The notes under the pieces were generated by a model that saw only the letters and a program-made list of their open reading frames with translations, was not told where the DNA came from and searched no databases. This document shows positions 39,258 to 48,804 of a DNA stretch of 64,000 nt, piece after piece (positions within the stretch are counted from its first letter, which is position 1; each line of letters begins with the position of its first letter). The stretch lies in assembly GCA_963836205.1 (NCBI GenBank), contig CAWIIV010000015.1:96001-160000 (forward strand), read 5' to 3'. Position numbers and translations under genes: made by a program. This DNA is from an uncultured Acidimicrobiia bacterium. Lineage in GTDB: Bacteria; Actinomycetota; Acidimicrobiia; Acidimicrobiales; AC-14.

Positions 39258-40010
39258 TCACGTGTACATCAGTGAGCCCGGCGTCGTGAGGAGTGACCCC
39301 GTCTCCAGCCACGTCTTGAGTCCCGATAGCACCATGGGCCAGCCGCCGTAGATCTGCTCGTTGGCGCCTTCGGGGAGTTGGTCGTGGGTGACGAGGAGGC
39401 GGCAGGAGTCGCCCACCGGCTCGATCTCCCAGGTCACCCGGGACGTGCCCTCCGCCTTCACGTCGTCGCCCCAGAGGGCCACCATGGTCTGCACCAGCCG
39501 GCGAGGCGGGTCGACCTCGATGTTCTCCCCCGCGACAAGAGGCCCCTCGACACCGGGGTTGGTCAGCTCGTATCGCGACCCGGGCGTCCAGTCGGAGCTC
39601 ACCCGGTTGCCGAAGTGGTACTTGCTGCGGATGTCGCCGTCGGTGATCGCCTCCCACAGGCGCTCGGGCGTGGTGCGGATGTAGATCTCGAACACCTTCT
39701 CCATCGGAGTCTCCAATCTGTGCTTGAGGTCGCTGAGGGCGGCAGCCCACGGCTCGGCGTACTTGCTCACCCACCGGTCGTGGACGAGGCGGATGGGGAC
39801 AGGGTTCAGGAAATGGAGCTTCTCCCGGCCCCGGCGCCGGGTGACCACCAGGCCTGCCTCCTCCAGCTGCTTCAGGTGCTTCATCACACCGAAGCGGGTC
39901 ATCGGGAGGCGCTCCTCCAGCGCGGTCAGCGTCTGGCCGTCCTCACGGAAGAGCTCGTCGAGCAGGCTGCGCCGGGTGGGATCGGCCAGGGCCTTGAATA
40001 CCTCGTCCAC
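39258..40010 (-). CDS. ArsR-family regulator fused to SRPBCC/AHSA1 domain
   Basis: VFKALADPTRR, MKHLKQLEEAGLV, TPERLWEAIT, GGWP; probably leaderless from GTG at 40010. Confidence 0.92.
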   Translation of the reverse strand: MDEVFKALADPTRRSLLDELFREDGQTLTALEERLPMTRFGVMKHLKQLEEAGLVVTRRRGREKLHFLNPVPIRLVHDRWVSKYAEPWAAALSDLKHRLETPMEKVFEIYIRTTPERLWEAITDGDIRSKYHFGNRVSSDWTPGSRYELTNPGVEGPLVAGENIEVDPPRRLVQTMVALWGDDVKAEGTSRVTWEIEPVGDSCRLLVTHDQLPEGANEQIYGGWPMVLSGLKTWLETGSLLTTPGSLMYT

Positions 40011-40017
40011 GCTGCTC

Positions 40018-40047
40018 ACCATACGTGACTAAATAGTCACCTGTCAA
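40018..40047 (-). promoter_or_regulatory. sigma70 promoter with palindromic operator
   Basis: TTGACA-N18-TATGGT on the minus strand with GTGACTA-AA-TAGTCAC (40025-40040) in the spacer. Confidence 0.75.
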
Positions 40048-40051
40048 CCAG

Positions 40052-41245
40052 TCAGTCGGGCAGAAGGGGAACGGTCATCCCCTCGTCCCGGCCGAGAAGC
40101 ACCGCCCGGGACACCGCCGAACGGCCGAATCGCTCCCGCACTTCGTCGAGGGCGGCGTCGAGGGCGGCCGCGTCGATGCCGTCGAACGGCAACGGGAGCT
40201 GCACCGCCCCGTCGTTGTCGAGGTTGGTGATCGCAACCCCCACCAACGTGAGCCCCTGGCGCTCGATCAGGGGCGTGGCCGTGGCCAGCAGGTCGCGGGC
40301 GGTGGCGAGGATGGCCCGGGTCTCGGCGGTGGACCGGGCCAGGGTGTGGGAGCGGGTCGCCCGGGTGAAGTCGTCGAAGCGCAGCCGGAGGACGACCGTG
40401 CGGCCCACCCGCCCCGCGGCCCGCATCCGCCGGGTGACGCGGTCGACCAGCGCCACGAGGGACGCGTCGATGTCGGCCGGCGACTTCGGTGACCGGCCGA
40501 GGGCGTGTTGGGAACCCATCGAGCGCCGGCGGCGGCCGACGACCACCGGCCGGGGATCGCGGTTGTGGGCCAACGCGTGCAGGTGCCGGCCCGACGCCAC
40601 CCCGAGCATCGCCACCAGCGCCCCCTCCGGCAGCCGGGCCACCTCCCCCACCGTGAGGATGCCCCGGTTGCGGAGCTTCTCGGCCGTGATCGGACCGACA
40701 CCCCACAGCCGTTGGACGGGCAACGGGTGGAGGAAGGCCAGCTCCCGGTCGGGGGGGACCAGCAGCAGGCCGTCGGGCTTGGCCACGCCGCTCGCCACCT
40801 TGGCCAGGAACTTGGTGCGGGCCACGCCGACGGTGATGGGCAGCCCGACCCGCCGCCGGACCTCGCTCCGCAGCCGGACCGCGATCTCGAGCGGCGTACC
40901 GCGCAGGCGCCGCAATCCGCCCACGTCGAGGAACGCCTCGTCGATGGAGATGCCCTCCACCAGCGGGGTGGTGTCGTCGAAGACCTCGAACACGGCCTTG
41001 CTGGCCGCCGAGTACGCCTCCATCCGGGGCGAGACCACCACGGCCCACGGGCACAGGCGCCGGGCCTGGGCTCCCCCCATGGCGCTGCGCACCCCGTAGG
41101 CCTTGGCCTCGTAGCTGGCGGCCAGCACCACCCCTCCCCCCACGATGACCGGCCGACCCCGGAGTTGGGGTGCGTCGCGCTGCTCGACCGACGCGTAGAA
41201 CGAGTCGAGATCGGCGTGGAGGATCGTCGCCTCGTCGTGGGACAC
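40052..41245 (-). CDS. dinB: DNA polymerase IV
   Basis: ILHADLDSFYASVE, AASYEA, SIDEAF, LAKVAS..AKPDG. Confidence 0.95.
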   Translation of the reverse strand: MSHDEATILHADLDSFYASVEQRDAPQLRGRPVIVGGGVVLAASYEAKAYGVRSAMGGAQARRLCPWAVVVSPRMEAYSAASKAVFEVFDDTTPLVEGISIDEAFLDVGGLRRLRGTPLEIAVRLRSEVRRRVGLPITVGVARTKFLAKVASGVAKPDGLLLVPPDRELAFLHPLPVQRLWGVGPITAEKLRNRGILTVGEVARLPEGALVAMLGVASGRHLHALAHNRDPRPVVVGRRRRSMGSQHALGRSPKSPADIDASLVALVDRVTRRMRAAGRVGRTVVLRLRFDDFTRATRSHTLARSTAETRAILATARDLLATATPLIERQGLTLVGVAITNLDNDGAVQLPLPFDGIDAAALDAALDEVRERFGRSAVSRAVLLGRDEGMTVPLLPD

Positions 41246-41258
41246 GAACGTATGTTCG
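41245..41258. promoter_or_regulatory. LexA (SOS) box
   Basis: CGAAC-GTAT-GTTCG, the Gram-positive consensus, abutting the dinB start. Confidence 0.88.
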
Positions 41259-41270
41259 CACGCCCCTACG

Positions 41271-41870
41271 TCATCGGTAGCGGACCCGGTATCGCAGGTG
41301 GGTGACGTCGACGCCCTCGGCCACCGAGGTCGGCCCCTCCAGCTCGTAGGGAGCACCCTTGAGCTGGTCGAAGAACGGGGTGCCCGCGCCGAGGATGACG
41401 GGGACGAGGTCGACCCAAATCTCGTCGAGGAGCCCGGCGTCGAGGCACTGGCGGGCGATGGTGCCCCCGTTGACACCGACCACCTTGTCGCCGGCGAGCG
41501 CCTGGGCCTGCTCGATGGCGTTTTCGATCCCGTCGGTGACGAACGTGAAGGGCGCGTCGGGGCGGGGCCAACCGTCGGGGACGGTGTGGGTCATGACCAC
41601 CACCGGGCGGCCCAGCGGGTGGTTGCCACCCCACCCGTCGGTGAAGTCGAAGAGCTTGCGCCCGACGACGAGGGCGCCGGTCATGTCGATGAGCTGGCGG
41701 AGGTGCCTGGCGCTGACGTCGGACACCTGGATCGGAATCTCGGGGTGGGTGGTCGGGACCACGACGTCGCCGTTGTTGTACCACCGGAAGAGGTACTCGA
41801 AGCCCGTCTCGCCCGGCCCGGAAATGTAGCCGTCCAACGACATGCTGGCCCCCGTGAAGACCATGCCCAT
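41271..41870 (-). CDS. Dihydrofolate reductase/RibD C-terminal family protein
   Basis: SMSLDGYI, VVGRK, GG, VPVILGAG. Confidence 0.88.
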   Translation of the reverse strand: MGMVFTGASMSLDGYISGPGETGFEYLFRWYNNGDVVVPTTHPEIPIQVSDVSARHLRQLIDMTGALVVGRKLFDFTDGWGGNHPLGRPVVVMTHTVPDGWPRPDAPFTFVTDGIENAIEQAQALAGDKVVGVNGGTIARQCLDAGLLDEIWVDLVPVILGAGTPFFDQLKGAPYELEGPTSVAEGVDVTHLRYRVRYR

Positions 41871-41966
41871 GATGCGCTCCTCTCGGCGTCGACCGCTGCT
41901 ACTAGGACGCCGTCCCGCCCGGGAACTCATCGGCTCGCCGCCGGGATCTGGGTTAGACAGCGGGCG

Positions 41967-42699
41967 ATGGCGCCGCTCCCCCGCCCGTTCGACGACGTTC
42001 TCCAGGAGGTCGGCAGCCGCCTGACCGACGAGGCGTCACGCGACTACCTGCGGTTCCACGCCCGGCGGTACCGGCACCTCCTCGCCGCAGTCGGCCGACG
42101 TCGTGGGCCACCGTCGACCGGAAGCGGTTCGGGTCCTCGACGTGGGCATCGCCTACCAGACGGCCCTCTTCCGGGCCATGTGGCCGGACCTCGTGGTCGA
42201 CACCCTCGGCTTCGGCGACGTGCGGTTCGCGCCCCGACCCACAGAGCGTCACTTCCACGTCGATCTCAACGAGACGGCGGGCGTCGAGGTGGTCGACGGG
42301 GGCCACGATCTCGTCGTCCTGGCCGAGGTCATCGAGCACCTCTACACCGCGGCGCCGACCGTCCTCGCCTTCCTCCGCCGCTTCCTCCGGACGGGCGGCA
42401 CCCTCCTCCTCCAGACGCCGAACGCCGTCGCCCTCCCCCGCCGGCTCAAGATGCTCGCCGGCCGCAATCCCACCGAACCCATCCGTCCCGACCGCTTCGA
42501 CCCCGGCCACTTCCACGAGTACACCGTCGGCGAGCTCACCGCCGCCGCCCGGGCTGCCGGCTTCGACGTCGGCCGCACCGACCTGGCCAACTACTTCGCC
42601 AACGGCGGCGCCGTCCGCCGGCGCTACAACGAGCTGGTCGCGCCCCTGCTCCCGGGCTCGCTCCGGGACGGGATCACCATGGTCCTCACCGCCCGCTAG
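41967..42699 (+). CDS. Class I SAM-dependent methyltransferase (frameshift near 42095)
   Basis: VLDVG, DLVVLAEVIEHL, GG.LLLQTPN, HFHEY. Confidence 0.8.
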
Positions 42700-43652
42700 C
42701 GCCGGACGTACGGGTAGCGGCCGGCGAAGCCGACCCGGGCGATGCGCAGCGACCGGGCCCCGCCGCCCTTGTAGCCCACCGAGGCCGGCGTCCACCCGTG
42801 GAAGGCCATGCGCAGGTCGCCGTCGTGGTCGACGAAGAACTCCTGGCCGCCGGGGCCGGCCGCGGGCACGCCCGACCGCAGCCAGGGGCGGGCGGTGGTC
42901 GCCTTGGTGAAGGGTCCCGTCACCGAGGCCGACGTGGCGTAGCCCACCGAATACCGCCCCGACTCCCACCAGTTCGCCGAGTAGAAGAGGTAGTACCGGC
43001 CCCGGGCGTGCACCATCGAGGGGGCCTCGATCAGGGGACGCTCCCAGCGCCGGTCGTGGGACAGGAGCGCGGTCGGGCTGCCGGCGAGCGACCCGCCGTC
43101 GGCCGACAGGGGCTGGATCCAGAGGCTGGACGGGTTCTGGAGGGCGTTGTCGTCGCTCTTCCACAGCAGATAGGCGGTGCCGTCCCCGTCGACGAAGGGG
43201 CTGGGATCGATCGAGCCGCCCCGGTCGAGCTGGAACACCAATGGAGCGGTCGAGCTGTCGACGAACGGCCCCTCCGGGCTCGCCGACCGGGCCCACGAGA
43301 TCGCCTGCCGGTCCGACTGCGGCTCCCGGACGACGTAGTAGAGGACGTAGCCACCGGCCCGGGGCAGCACCACGGGCGACCAGGTGCGCCCGGCCCCCGC
43401 CCAGGCAGGCAGGGTGGGCAGGGCGTCGCCCAGGTGCGTCCACGCCACCAGGTCCGACGATCGCATGACCTGCACGTTGTGGCCGCCGGCCTCGGTGGCG
43501 TAGGCGTAGTAGGTCCCGTCCACGTGGAGGACAAAGGGGTCGGCGAAGTCGCCCGGGTGCACCGCCGCCGCCATCGCCCGTCGGCTGCGCCGGGTCAGGC
43601 GCAGGTACCAGGCCCGGAGCGGCTCGCCGACGGTGAGGCCGCGCCGCACCAC
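42696..43652 (-). CDS. Glycoside hydrolase family 43
   Basis: FADP, WSP, IDP, IEAP, GPG motifs. Confidence 0.9.
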   Translation of the reverse strand: MVRRGLTVGEPLRAWYLRLTRRSRRAMAAAVHPGDFADPFVLHVDGTYYAYATEAGGHNVQVMRSSDLVAWTHLGDALPTLPAWAGAGRTWSPVVLPRAGGYVLYYVVREPQSDRQAISWARSASPEGPFVDSSTAPLVFQLDRGGSIDPSPFVDGDGTAYLLWKSDDNALQNPSSLWIQPLSADGGSLAGSPTALLSHDRRWERPLIEAPSMVHARGRYYLFYSANWWESGRYSVGYATSASVTGPFTKATTARPWLRSGVPAAGPGGQEFFVDHDGDLRMAFHGWTPASVGYKGGGARSLRIARVGFAGRYPYVRR

Positions 43653-43718
43653 TCGACCACGACGTCGTCCCGCGGGCGACGGCCCTGCACGTTCGCCATC
43701 ACGCCGGTCGACGACGGG

Positions 43719-43925
43719 CTACGACTTCTCGAGCGGGATCTGGCAACCCTTCGCCCGGGCACCGCCGGCGACGAGCTCGTAGACGAGGCCGGCCGCGAGG
43801 TCGTGGCGCTCCGACCCCCCGGCCATTGCGTACACGCGTCCGCCGACCAGTTCGTGTCGTCGCTCGCTCCCCTGCTCACCCTCCACGAAGTCCACGAACG
43901 ACGTGATGGCCATGGCCTCCGTCAT
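43719..43925 (-). pseudogene. Truncated Uma2/DUF820 endonuclease
   Basis: RHELVGGRVYAMAGGSERH N-terminus only; stops after 68 aa. Confidence 0.7.
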
Positions 43926-43982
43926 CCGCCCATCGTAGGACCGGCGCCGCCTTTGCGGTCCGCCACACCGTGGTGACGGCGC

Positions 43983-45347
43983 CTACGGGACGCGGGTGAA
44001 AGCACCCAGGCCGTGGGTGTCGGCCTCGACCACGATCGCCTCGCCCAGCTTGATGCTCTCGGTGGAGAGGAGGTCGGTGCGCTCGAGCAGCGCCGCCACC
44101 AGCGTGGCCCGGGGGACTGCGGTGGACTCGGTGTGACCGTGGATGCCGGCCCGGGTCGACAGGAGCGACACCGGACGGGTGGCTTGCCCCCACAGGTCGA
44201 GGAGCGACCGGGGAGTCGCGTTGCGGCTCCCGTGGTGACCGACCTTGTAGAGGTCGATGGCGCCCAGCCGCCTCTTGAGCGCCGGGCTCCTCTTGAGACG
44301 GTCGAGGGTGAACTGCCAGTTCTCGATCTGCCCGTCGCCGGGGAAGAGGAGGCGCCGGTCGCCGACCTTCAGCAACAGGATCAGGCTGGTGTTGTTCAGG
44401 GCGTCGTCGAGTGATCGGACGATGCGCTGGAGGGAGTGCATCTGCTGGCTTCGCAGCCGGTCGGCCAGCCAGCGGGCGGGCCCGGCCGGGATCAGCTGTT
44501 CGAGATCGGAGACGCCCTCGGCCAGCGCCTCGGCGGCCGCGGCCTGGTCGCCGGCGGTCTCGCCCACCGGGTCGTCGTCGTCGGGGTCGCCCAGGTCGAG
44601 CGTTCCCAGGGGAAGGCCGGTCGTGACCACTCCCTGGTAGAGCATCCAGTACTCGGGGTCGCGGGCCCGGGCGTTGACGACGCCGGGGAACTGGTCGACC
44701 GTCGGGGGCCCCAGTACCTCCACCCCCAGGCCGGGGACGATCGACTCGATCTTCGACGCCACCCCGGCGTGGAGGTACTCCCCGTCCGTCGCGGCCGACC
44801 ACTTCCTCAGCCGTTCGATCGCCTCCGCGTTCTTGAGCTGGTCCTCGGCCATCCGCCGGACCCGGCCCCGCAGGCTCGACGTGCTGGCGCTGCTGTCGAT
44901 GGCGCCCGCCAGCGCGTGGGCGAAGCCCTCCGCGTCCCCGAGGCTCTTGAGCAGCCCCCGGGATCTGGTGCCGACGAGACCGGTGGCATTGGCCGGGATG
45001 TCGGGCTCCTCGGTCCAGGGCCGCACCACGAGGTCGGGATGCAGCTTCGCCAGGACGTCGGCGGCGGCCTGGTTGCCGAAACCGGACAGATGGTCGCGGT
45101 GGCGGTGGGTGACGATCACCACGTCGAGCTTGCCGTCGCAGTCGGCCGTGATCTGGTTGGCGAGGGCCTCCATGTTGAGCTTCGCCCGAGTCGGAGAGTG
45201 CGTGCTGCCGAAGTCGATCAGCACGTGGCGCTCCTTCCGTCCACCGGGGACGGGAGGCTGGGCGTAGCGGAGGCTGAGCAGGAAGCAGTCGCCGAAGCCG
45301 ACCTGGTACATCCGCACCGTGACGTGCTCGGGAACGATCGAAGGCAT
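43983..45347 (-). CDS. Metallo-beta-lactamase-fold hydrolase (ComEC/Rec2-like)
   Basis: VGFGDC, IDFG, THRHRDH, NNTS, LLFPGD, KVGHHGSRN. Confidence 0.85.
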   Translation of the reverse strand: MPSIVPEHVTVRMYQVGFGDCFLLSLRYAQPPVPGGRKERHVLIDFGSTHSPTRAKLNMEALANQITADCDGKLDVVIVTHRHRDHLSGFGNQAAADVLAKLHPDLVVRPWTEEPDIPANATGLVGTRSRGLLKSLGDAEGFAHALAGAIDSSASTSSLRGRVRRMAEDQLKNAEAIERLRKWSAATDGEYLHAGVASKIESIVPGLGVEVLGPPTVDQFPGVVNARARDPEYWMLYQGVVTTGLPLGTLDLGDPDDDDPVGETAGDQAAAAEALAEGVSDLEQLIPAGPARWLADRLRSQQMHSLQRIVRSLDDALNNTSLILLLKVGDRRLLFPGDGQIENWQFTLDRLKRSPALKRRLGAIDLYKVGHHGSRNATPRSLLDLWGQATRPVSLLSTRAGIHGHTESTAVPRATLVAALLERTDLLSTESIKLGEAIVVEADTHGLGAFTRVP

Positions 45348-45349
45348 CG

Positions 45350-47110
45350 CTACCACGCCTCCCCGGCCTGTCCGGCCGGCTGGTGGAGGGCGGCGAAGCG
45401 TTGCCCCTTGGCCGCGCCGGTCGAGAACCCGAGCCGGGCGCTGCTGTCGAACACACCGCTGCGGGCCAGGAAGTTGAGCCGATCCGTCTGGCGTCGCGGG
45501 TCCCCCAGGGGCTTTCGGATGTGGTATTTGGCCCGGCCGAACTGATCGAACACGAGTGTCCCCCCGCCGAAGAGCTGCACCTTCGTCTCCGGGCGCAGCA
45601 GCATGCTCAGCTCGACGGCCTCCCCGTCGCCGCCGCTCGCCTTCGCCCACCGCCGGGCCAGCTTCCGGAACTCGGCGACGGTCAAGTCGTGCAGCTGGAC
45701 GTAGTCGGCCACCGCCTCGTTCACCACCAAGCCGTCGGGGCCGACCCGAACCGCGGGGCGCACCGACTCGACGTGGGTGTAGAAGCTGGTGTCGACCCCG
45801 AGCCAGGCGGCGTTCTCCCACACGAACCGGAAGACCTCGTCGACGTCGGTGCGGAGTGCACCGAAGTTCAGGCCCCGGTACGCCGGCGGCGTCGGGAGGG
45901 TGGCCAGGTTCACCACCCGGCCGTCGGTCGGCTGCGCGATCCCGAAGCGCTTGAAGCTCTTGATCAGCGTCTTGCGGTAGGAGCGGACGTCGTCGGGCGC
46001 GACTTCGGCGTCGGCCAGCAGGACGGCGCCCAGGAAGTCCTCGAACTCGAAGTCGACGGGCGGGAGGTAGTCGATCGCCCGCAGGCTCATGCGCAGGAGG
46101 TGCTCGGCCGACTTGGCGCCCTCCTCACCGGCCCGGTCGCGGTCGAGGCGGAGGTCGTGGCCCATCAGGGCGGTCAGGCGGTTGGTCCAGATCCCGACCA
46201 GGGCGTCGAGGACGGCCGCGACCAGGATCTCCCCCCGCAGGTGGGACTCCTCCCACACCCGGTTCGTGCGCCAGTCGGCCGGCAGTTTGAGGATCGCCGA
46301 CTGGCGGAGCCCGCCCCGGGTGCCGTTGAGAGCCCCGCCCATCTGCTCGGCCAGGGACAGGAGCAGGCCGGCCCGGAGCACTGGGGCGCTCACCTTGACC
46401 GCGTCGATCCGTCCGTCCGCCTCGGCGGGGCCGAGCGCCAGGTTCATGACCTCCTTGACCGAGAACACCGACAGGAGGGCGACGATGTCGGCCAGCGCCT
46501 CGTGGAAGGCGGCCTGGTCGGGCAGGCTCGGCTCGAGGAAGCGGTGGCGCAGGCCGTCGAGGACGGCGTGGGCCGTCTCGTGGGCCACCACGTCGTGCGA
46601 CAGGCAGGTGAAGGTGAGCTCCCGGCCGGGGTCGAAGTATCCGAAGAGCACGGCCCGGTCGTCGTCGGAGTAGTAGGCGTTGGCCTCCTTGAAGGCGTGG
46701 GGGACGAGGTAGAGCTGATGGCCGTTGAACGACCACGGCAACCGCCGGCCCAACGCCGACTCGAAGGCGGCCAGCGTGCGGGCGGCGATGGCGTAGACGT
46801 TCTGGGCGTGGAAGGCGGGGTCGGTGAGGATGTCGCGGTTGGTGATGGTGGCGAAACGGTCCTGGTAGACGAGGTTTCCGTGCTCGTCAGCCACGGTGAG
46901 CACGGCCGGCGGGGTGAGCTTGCCGGTGGTGGCGTCGTAGTCGACGGTGAGGAACCGGGCCGACGTCGGCCCCGGATCGAGCCGCTGCACCGGCACCCGC
47001 ACCTTGGCCGTGAGAATGCGCCCGTTGGCCTTCTTGACCCAAGGGTCCTGGGCGACGATGGTCATCTCCACCGTCTGGGGGGCCAAGTCCGACTGGATAA
47101 GCACGCTCAT
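45350..47110 (-). CDS. Gluzincin (M4/M36-like) metallopeptidase, no signal peptide
   Basis: NAYY, DVVAHETAH, AFHEALAD. Confidence 0.85.
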   Translation of the reverse strand: MSVLIQSDLAPQTVEMTIVAQDPWVKKANGRILTAKVRVPVQRLDPGPTSARFLTVDYDATTGKLTPPAVLTVADEHGNLVYQDRFATITNRDILTDPAFHAQNVYAIAARTLAAFESALGRRLPWSFNGHQLYLVPHAFKEANAYYSDDDRAVLFGYFDPGRELTFTCLSHDVVAHETAHAVLDGLRHRFLEPSLPDQAAFHEALADIVALLSVFSVKEVMNLALGPAEADGRIDAVKVSAPVLRAGLLLSLAEQMGGALNGTRGGLRQSAILKLPADWRTNRVWEESHLRGEILVAAVLDALVGIWTNRLTALMGHDLRLDRDRAGEEGAKSAEHLLRMSLRAIDYLPPVDFEFEDFLGAVLLADAEVAPDDVRSYRKTLIKSFKRFGIAQPTDGRVVNLATLPTPPAYRGLNFGALRTDVDEVFRFVWENAAWLGVDTSFYTHVESVRPAVRVGPDGLVVNEAVADYVQLHDLTVAEFRKLARRWAKASGGDGEAVELSMLLRPETKVQLFGGGTLVFDQFGRAKYHIRKPLGDPRRQTDRLNFLARSGVFDSSARLGFSTGAAKGQRFAALHQPAGQAGEAW

Positions 47111-47261
47111 GCCGTCCACGCTCCCACCATCCGCCGTCGCTCCCGTTTTAGGCCGCGGGACCACGTTCGTCAACCGCCGTCCGTTCGAGGAGGCGCCGGT
47201 CACATCGGAGTGAGCCGATCCGTCATAGTCCGTGACGGATCGCGACCGGAGAAGGGTGACG

Positions 47262-48140
47262 ATGGACAACGCCGATTGGCTGACAGACCAGTTCGAGGCG
47301 AGCCGACCGCACCTGCGGGCGGTCGCCTACCGGATGCTCGGCTCCCATGCCGAGGCCGAGGACGCGGTGCAGGAGGCGTGGCTCCGGCTCAACCGCGCCG
47401 ACCGCTCCGGCGTCGAGAACTTGGGCGGCTGGCTGACGACGGTGGTCGCCCGGGTCTGCCTCGACAGCCTGCGCTCCCGCAGGACTCGCCGGGAGGAGCC
47501 GGCCGGCACGCAGCCGGCAGAGGCGACAGCCGGCCTGCGCGCCCCTGACGACGACCCCGAGCACCAGGCCCTCCTAGGTGACTCGGTCGGGTCCGCCCTC
47601 CTCGTCGTGCTCGACCTGCTGGCTCCCGCGGAGCGGGTCGCGTTCGTGCTCCACGACGTGTTCGCGGTGCCGTTCGACGAGATCGCCGACATCGTCGGCC
47701 GCTCACCCGAGGCCGCCCGCCAGCTCGCCAGCCGGGCCCGTCGCCGGGTCCGGGGCACCGACAGCGCTCCCGAGGTCGATCTCGTCCGCCAACGCCAGGT
47801 CGTCGACGCGTTCCTCGCCGCCGCCCGCAGCGGGGACTTCGACGGCCTGGTGGCCCTGCTCGACCCCGATGTCGTCCTCCGCCCCGACGCCGCCGCCCTG
47901 AGCATGGGGTCGTTGCCGGTGACCCACGGTGCGACCGAAGTCGCCGCCGCGCTCGCCGGTGGTGCCAGGGCAGCCCGGGTCGCCCTGCTCGACGGCGTCG
48001 CCGGACTGGTCTGGGCCCCGGGCGGACGGACCCGGAGCGTGATCGCCTTCACGGTGGTCGACGGGAGAATCGTCGAGATCGACGTCACCGCCGATCCCGA
48101 GCGCATCTCCGACATCGACATCGTCCTCGTCACCGACTGA
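47262..48140 (+). CDS. ECF sigma factor with SnoaL-like C-terminus (SigJ/ECF41-type)
   Basis: AYRMLGS..EAEDAVQEAWL, AERVAFVLHDVF, RQLASRARR, LLDPDV. Confidence 0.9.
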   Translation: MDNADWLTDQFEASRPHLRAVAYRMLGSHAEAEDAVQEAWLRLNRADRSGVENLGGWLTTVVARVCLDSLRSRRTRREEPAGTQPAEATAGLRAPDDDPEHQALLGDSVGSALLVVLDLLAPAERVAFVLHDVFAVPFDEIADIVGRSPEAARQLASRARRRVRGTDSAPEVDLVRQRQVVDAFLAAARSGDFDGLVALLDPDVVLRPDAAALSMGSLPVTHGATEVAAALAGGARAARVALLDGVAGLVWAPGGRTRSVIAFTVVDGRIVEIDVTADPERISDIDIVLVTD

Positions 48141-48223
48141 TCGCCACCCGCGGTCGGCCGCCGGTCACATCCGCCCCGTCGTATCCGTCAGAGAGGTGAC
48201 GGATACGACCACGAGGAGGACCG

Positions 48224-48583
48224 ATGCAATTCGTGCTGCTCATCTACCAAGGCACCACTCCCCTACCCGGGTCGGACGCGTGGGACGCCCTCCCGGCCGA
48301 CGAGCAGAAGCAGATCTACGCCGACTACGGCGCCCTCAACCACGCACCCGGCGTCACGCCCGGCCTCCCTCTGGGGCTGCCCGAGCAGGCCACCACGGTG
48401 CGGGTGGAGGGCGGCAAGCCGGTCACGGCCGAGGGCCCGTACGTCGGGATGAAGGAAGCCGTCGCTGGCTATTTCGTCCTCGAGGCCGACGACATCGACA
48501 CGGCCATCGAGCTGGCGGCCCAGGTCCCGGCCGCTCGTCTCGGCGGCGCCATCGAGGTCCGTCCGGTCGAGAAGTACTGGTAA
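48224..48583 (+). CDS. YciI/DGPF-family protein
   Basis: ATTVR, EGPY...KEAVAGYF, IEVRP. Confidence 0.88.
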   Translation: MQFVLLIYQGTTPLPGSDAWDALPADEQKQIYADYGALNHAPGVTPGLPLGLPEQATTVRVEGGKPVTAEGPYVGMKEAVAGYFVLEADDIDTAIELAAQVPAARLGGAIEVRPVEKYW

Positions 48584-48804
48584 CACCCCAAGTTGGCGCC
48601 GACGACCACGGCGGCGGGACGCTGGCCGAGGGGTCCCGGTCGCGGGCGGCACGGGCCGGGCGCAGGGGGCACGACGTCCGCTCGGGTAGTCTCGGCGCTC
48701 GGTCGGCGGGGGAGGTCGGCGATGGCGGTCGGAACGGACGGGTACGGCGACAACCGGTTCCCCGGGACCCCACTCGCGAGCCCGGCCCCCACGGGCGCCG
48801 ACCG

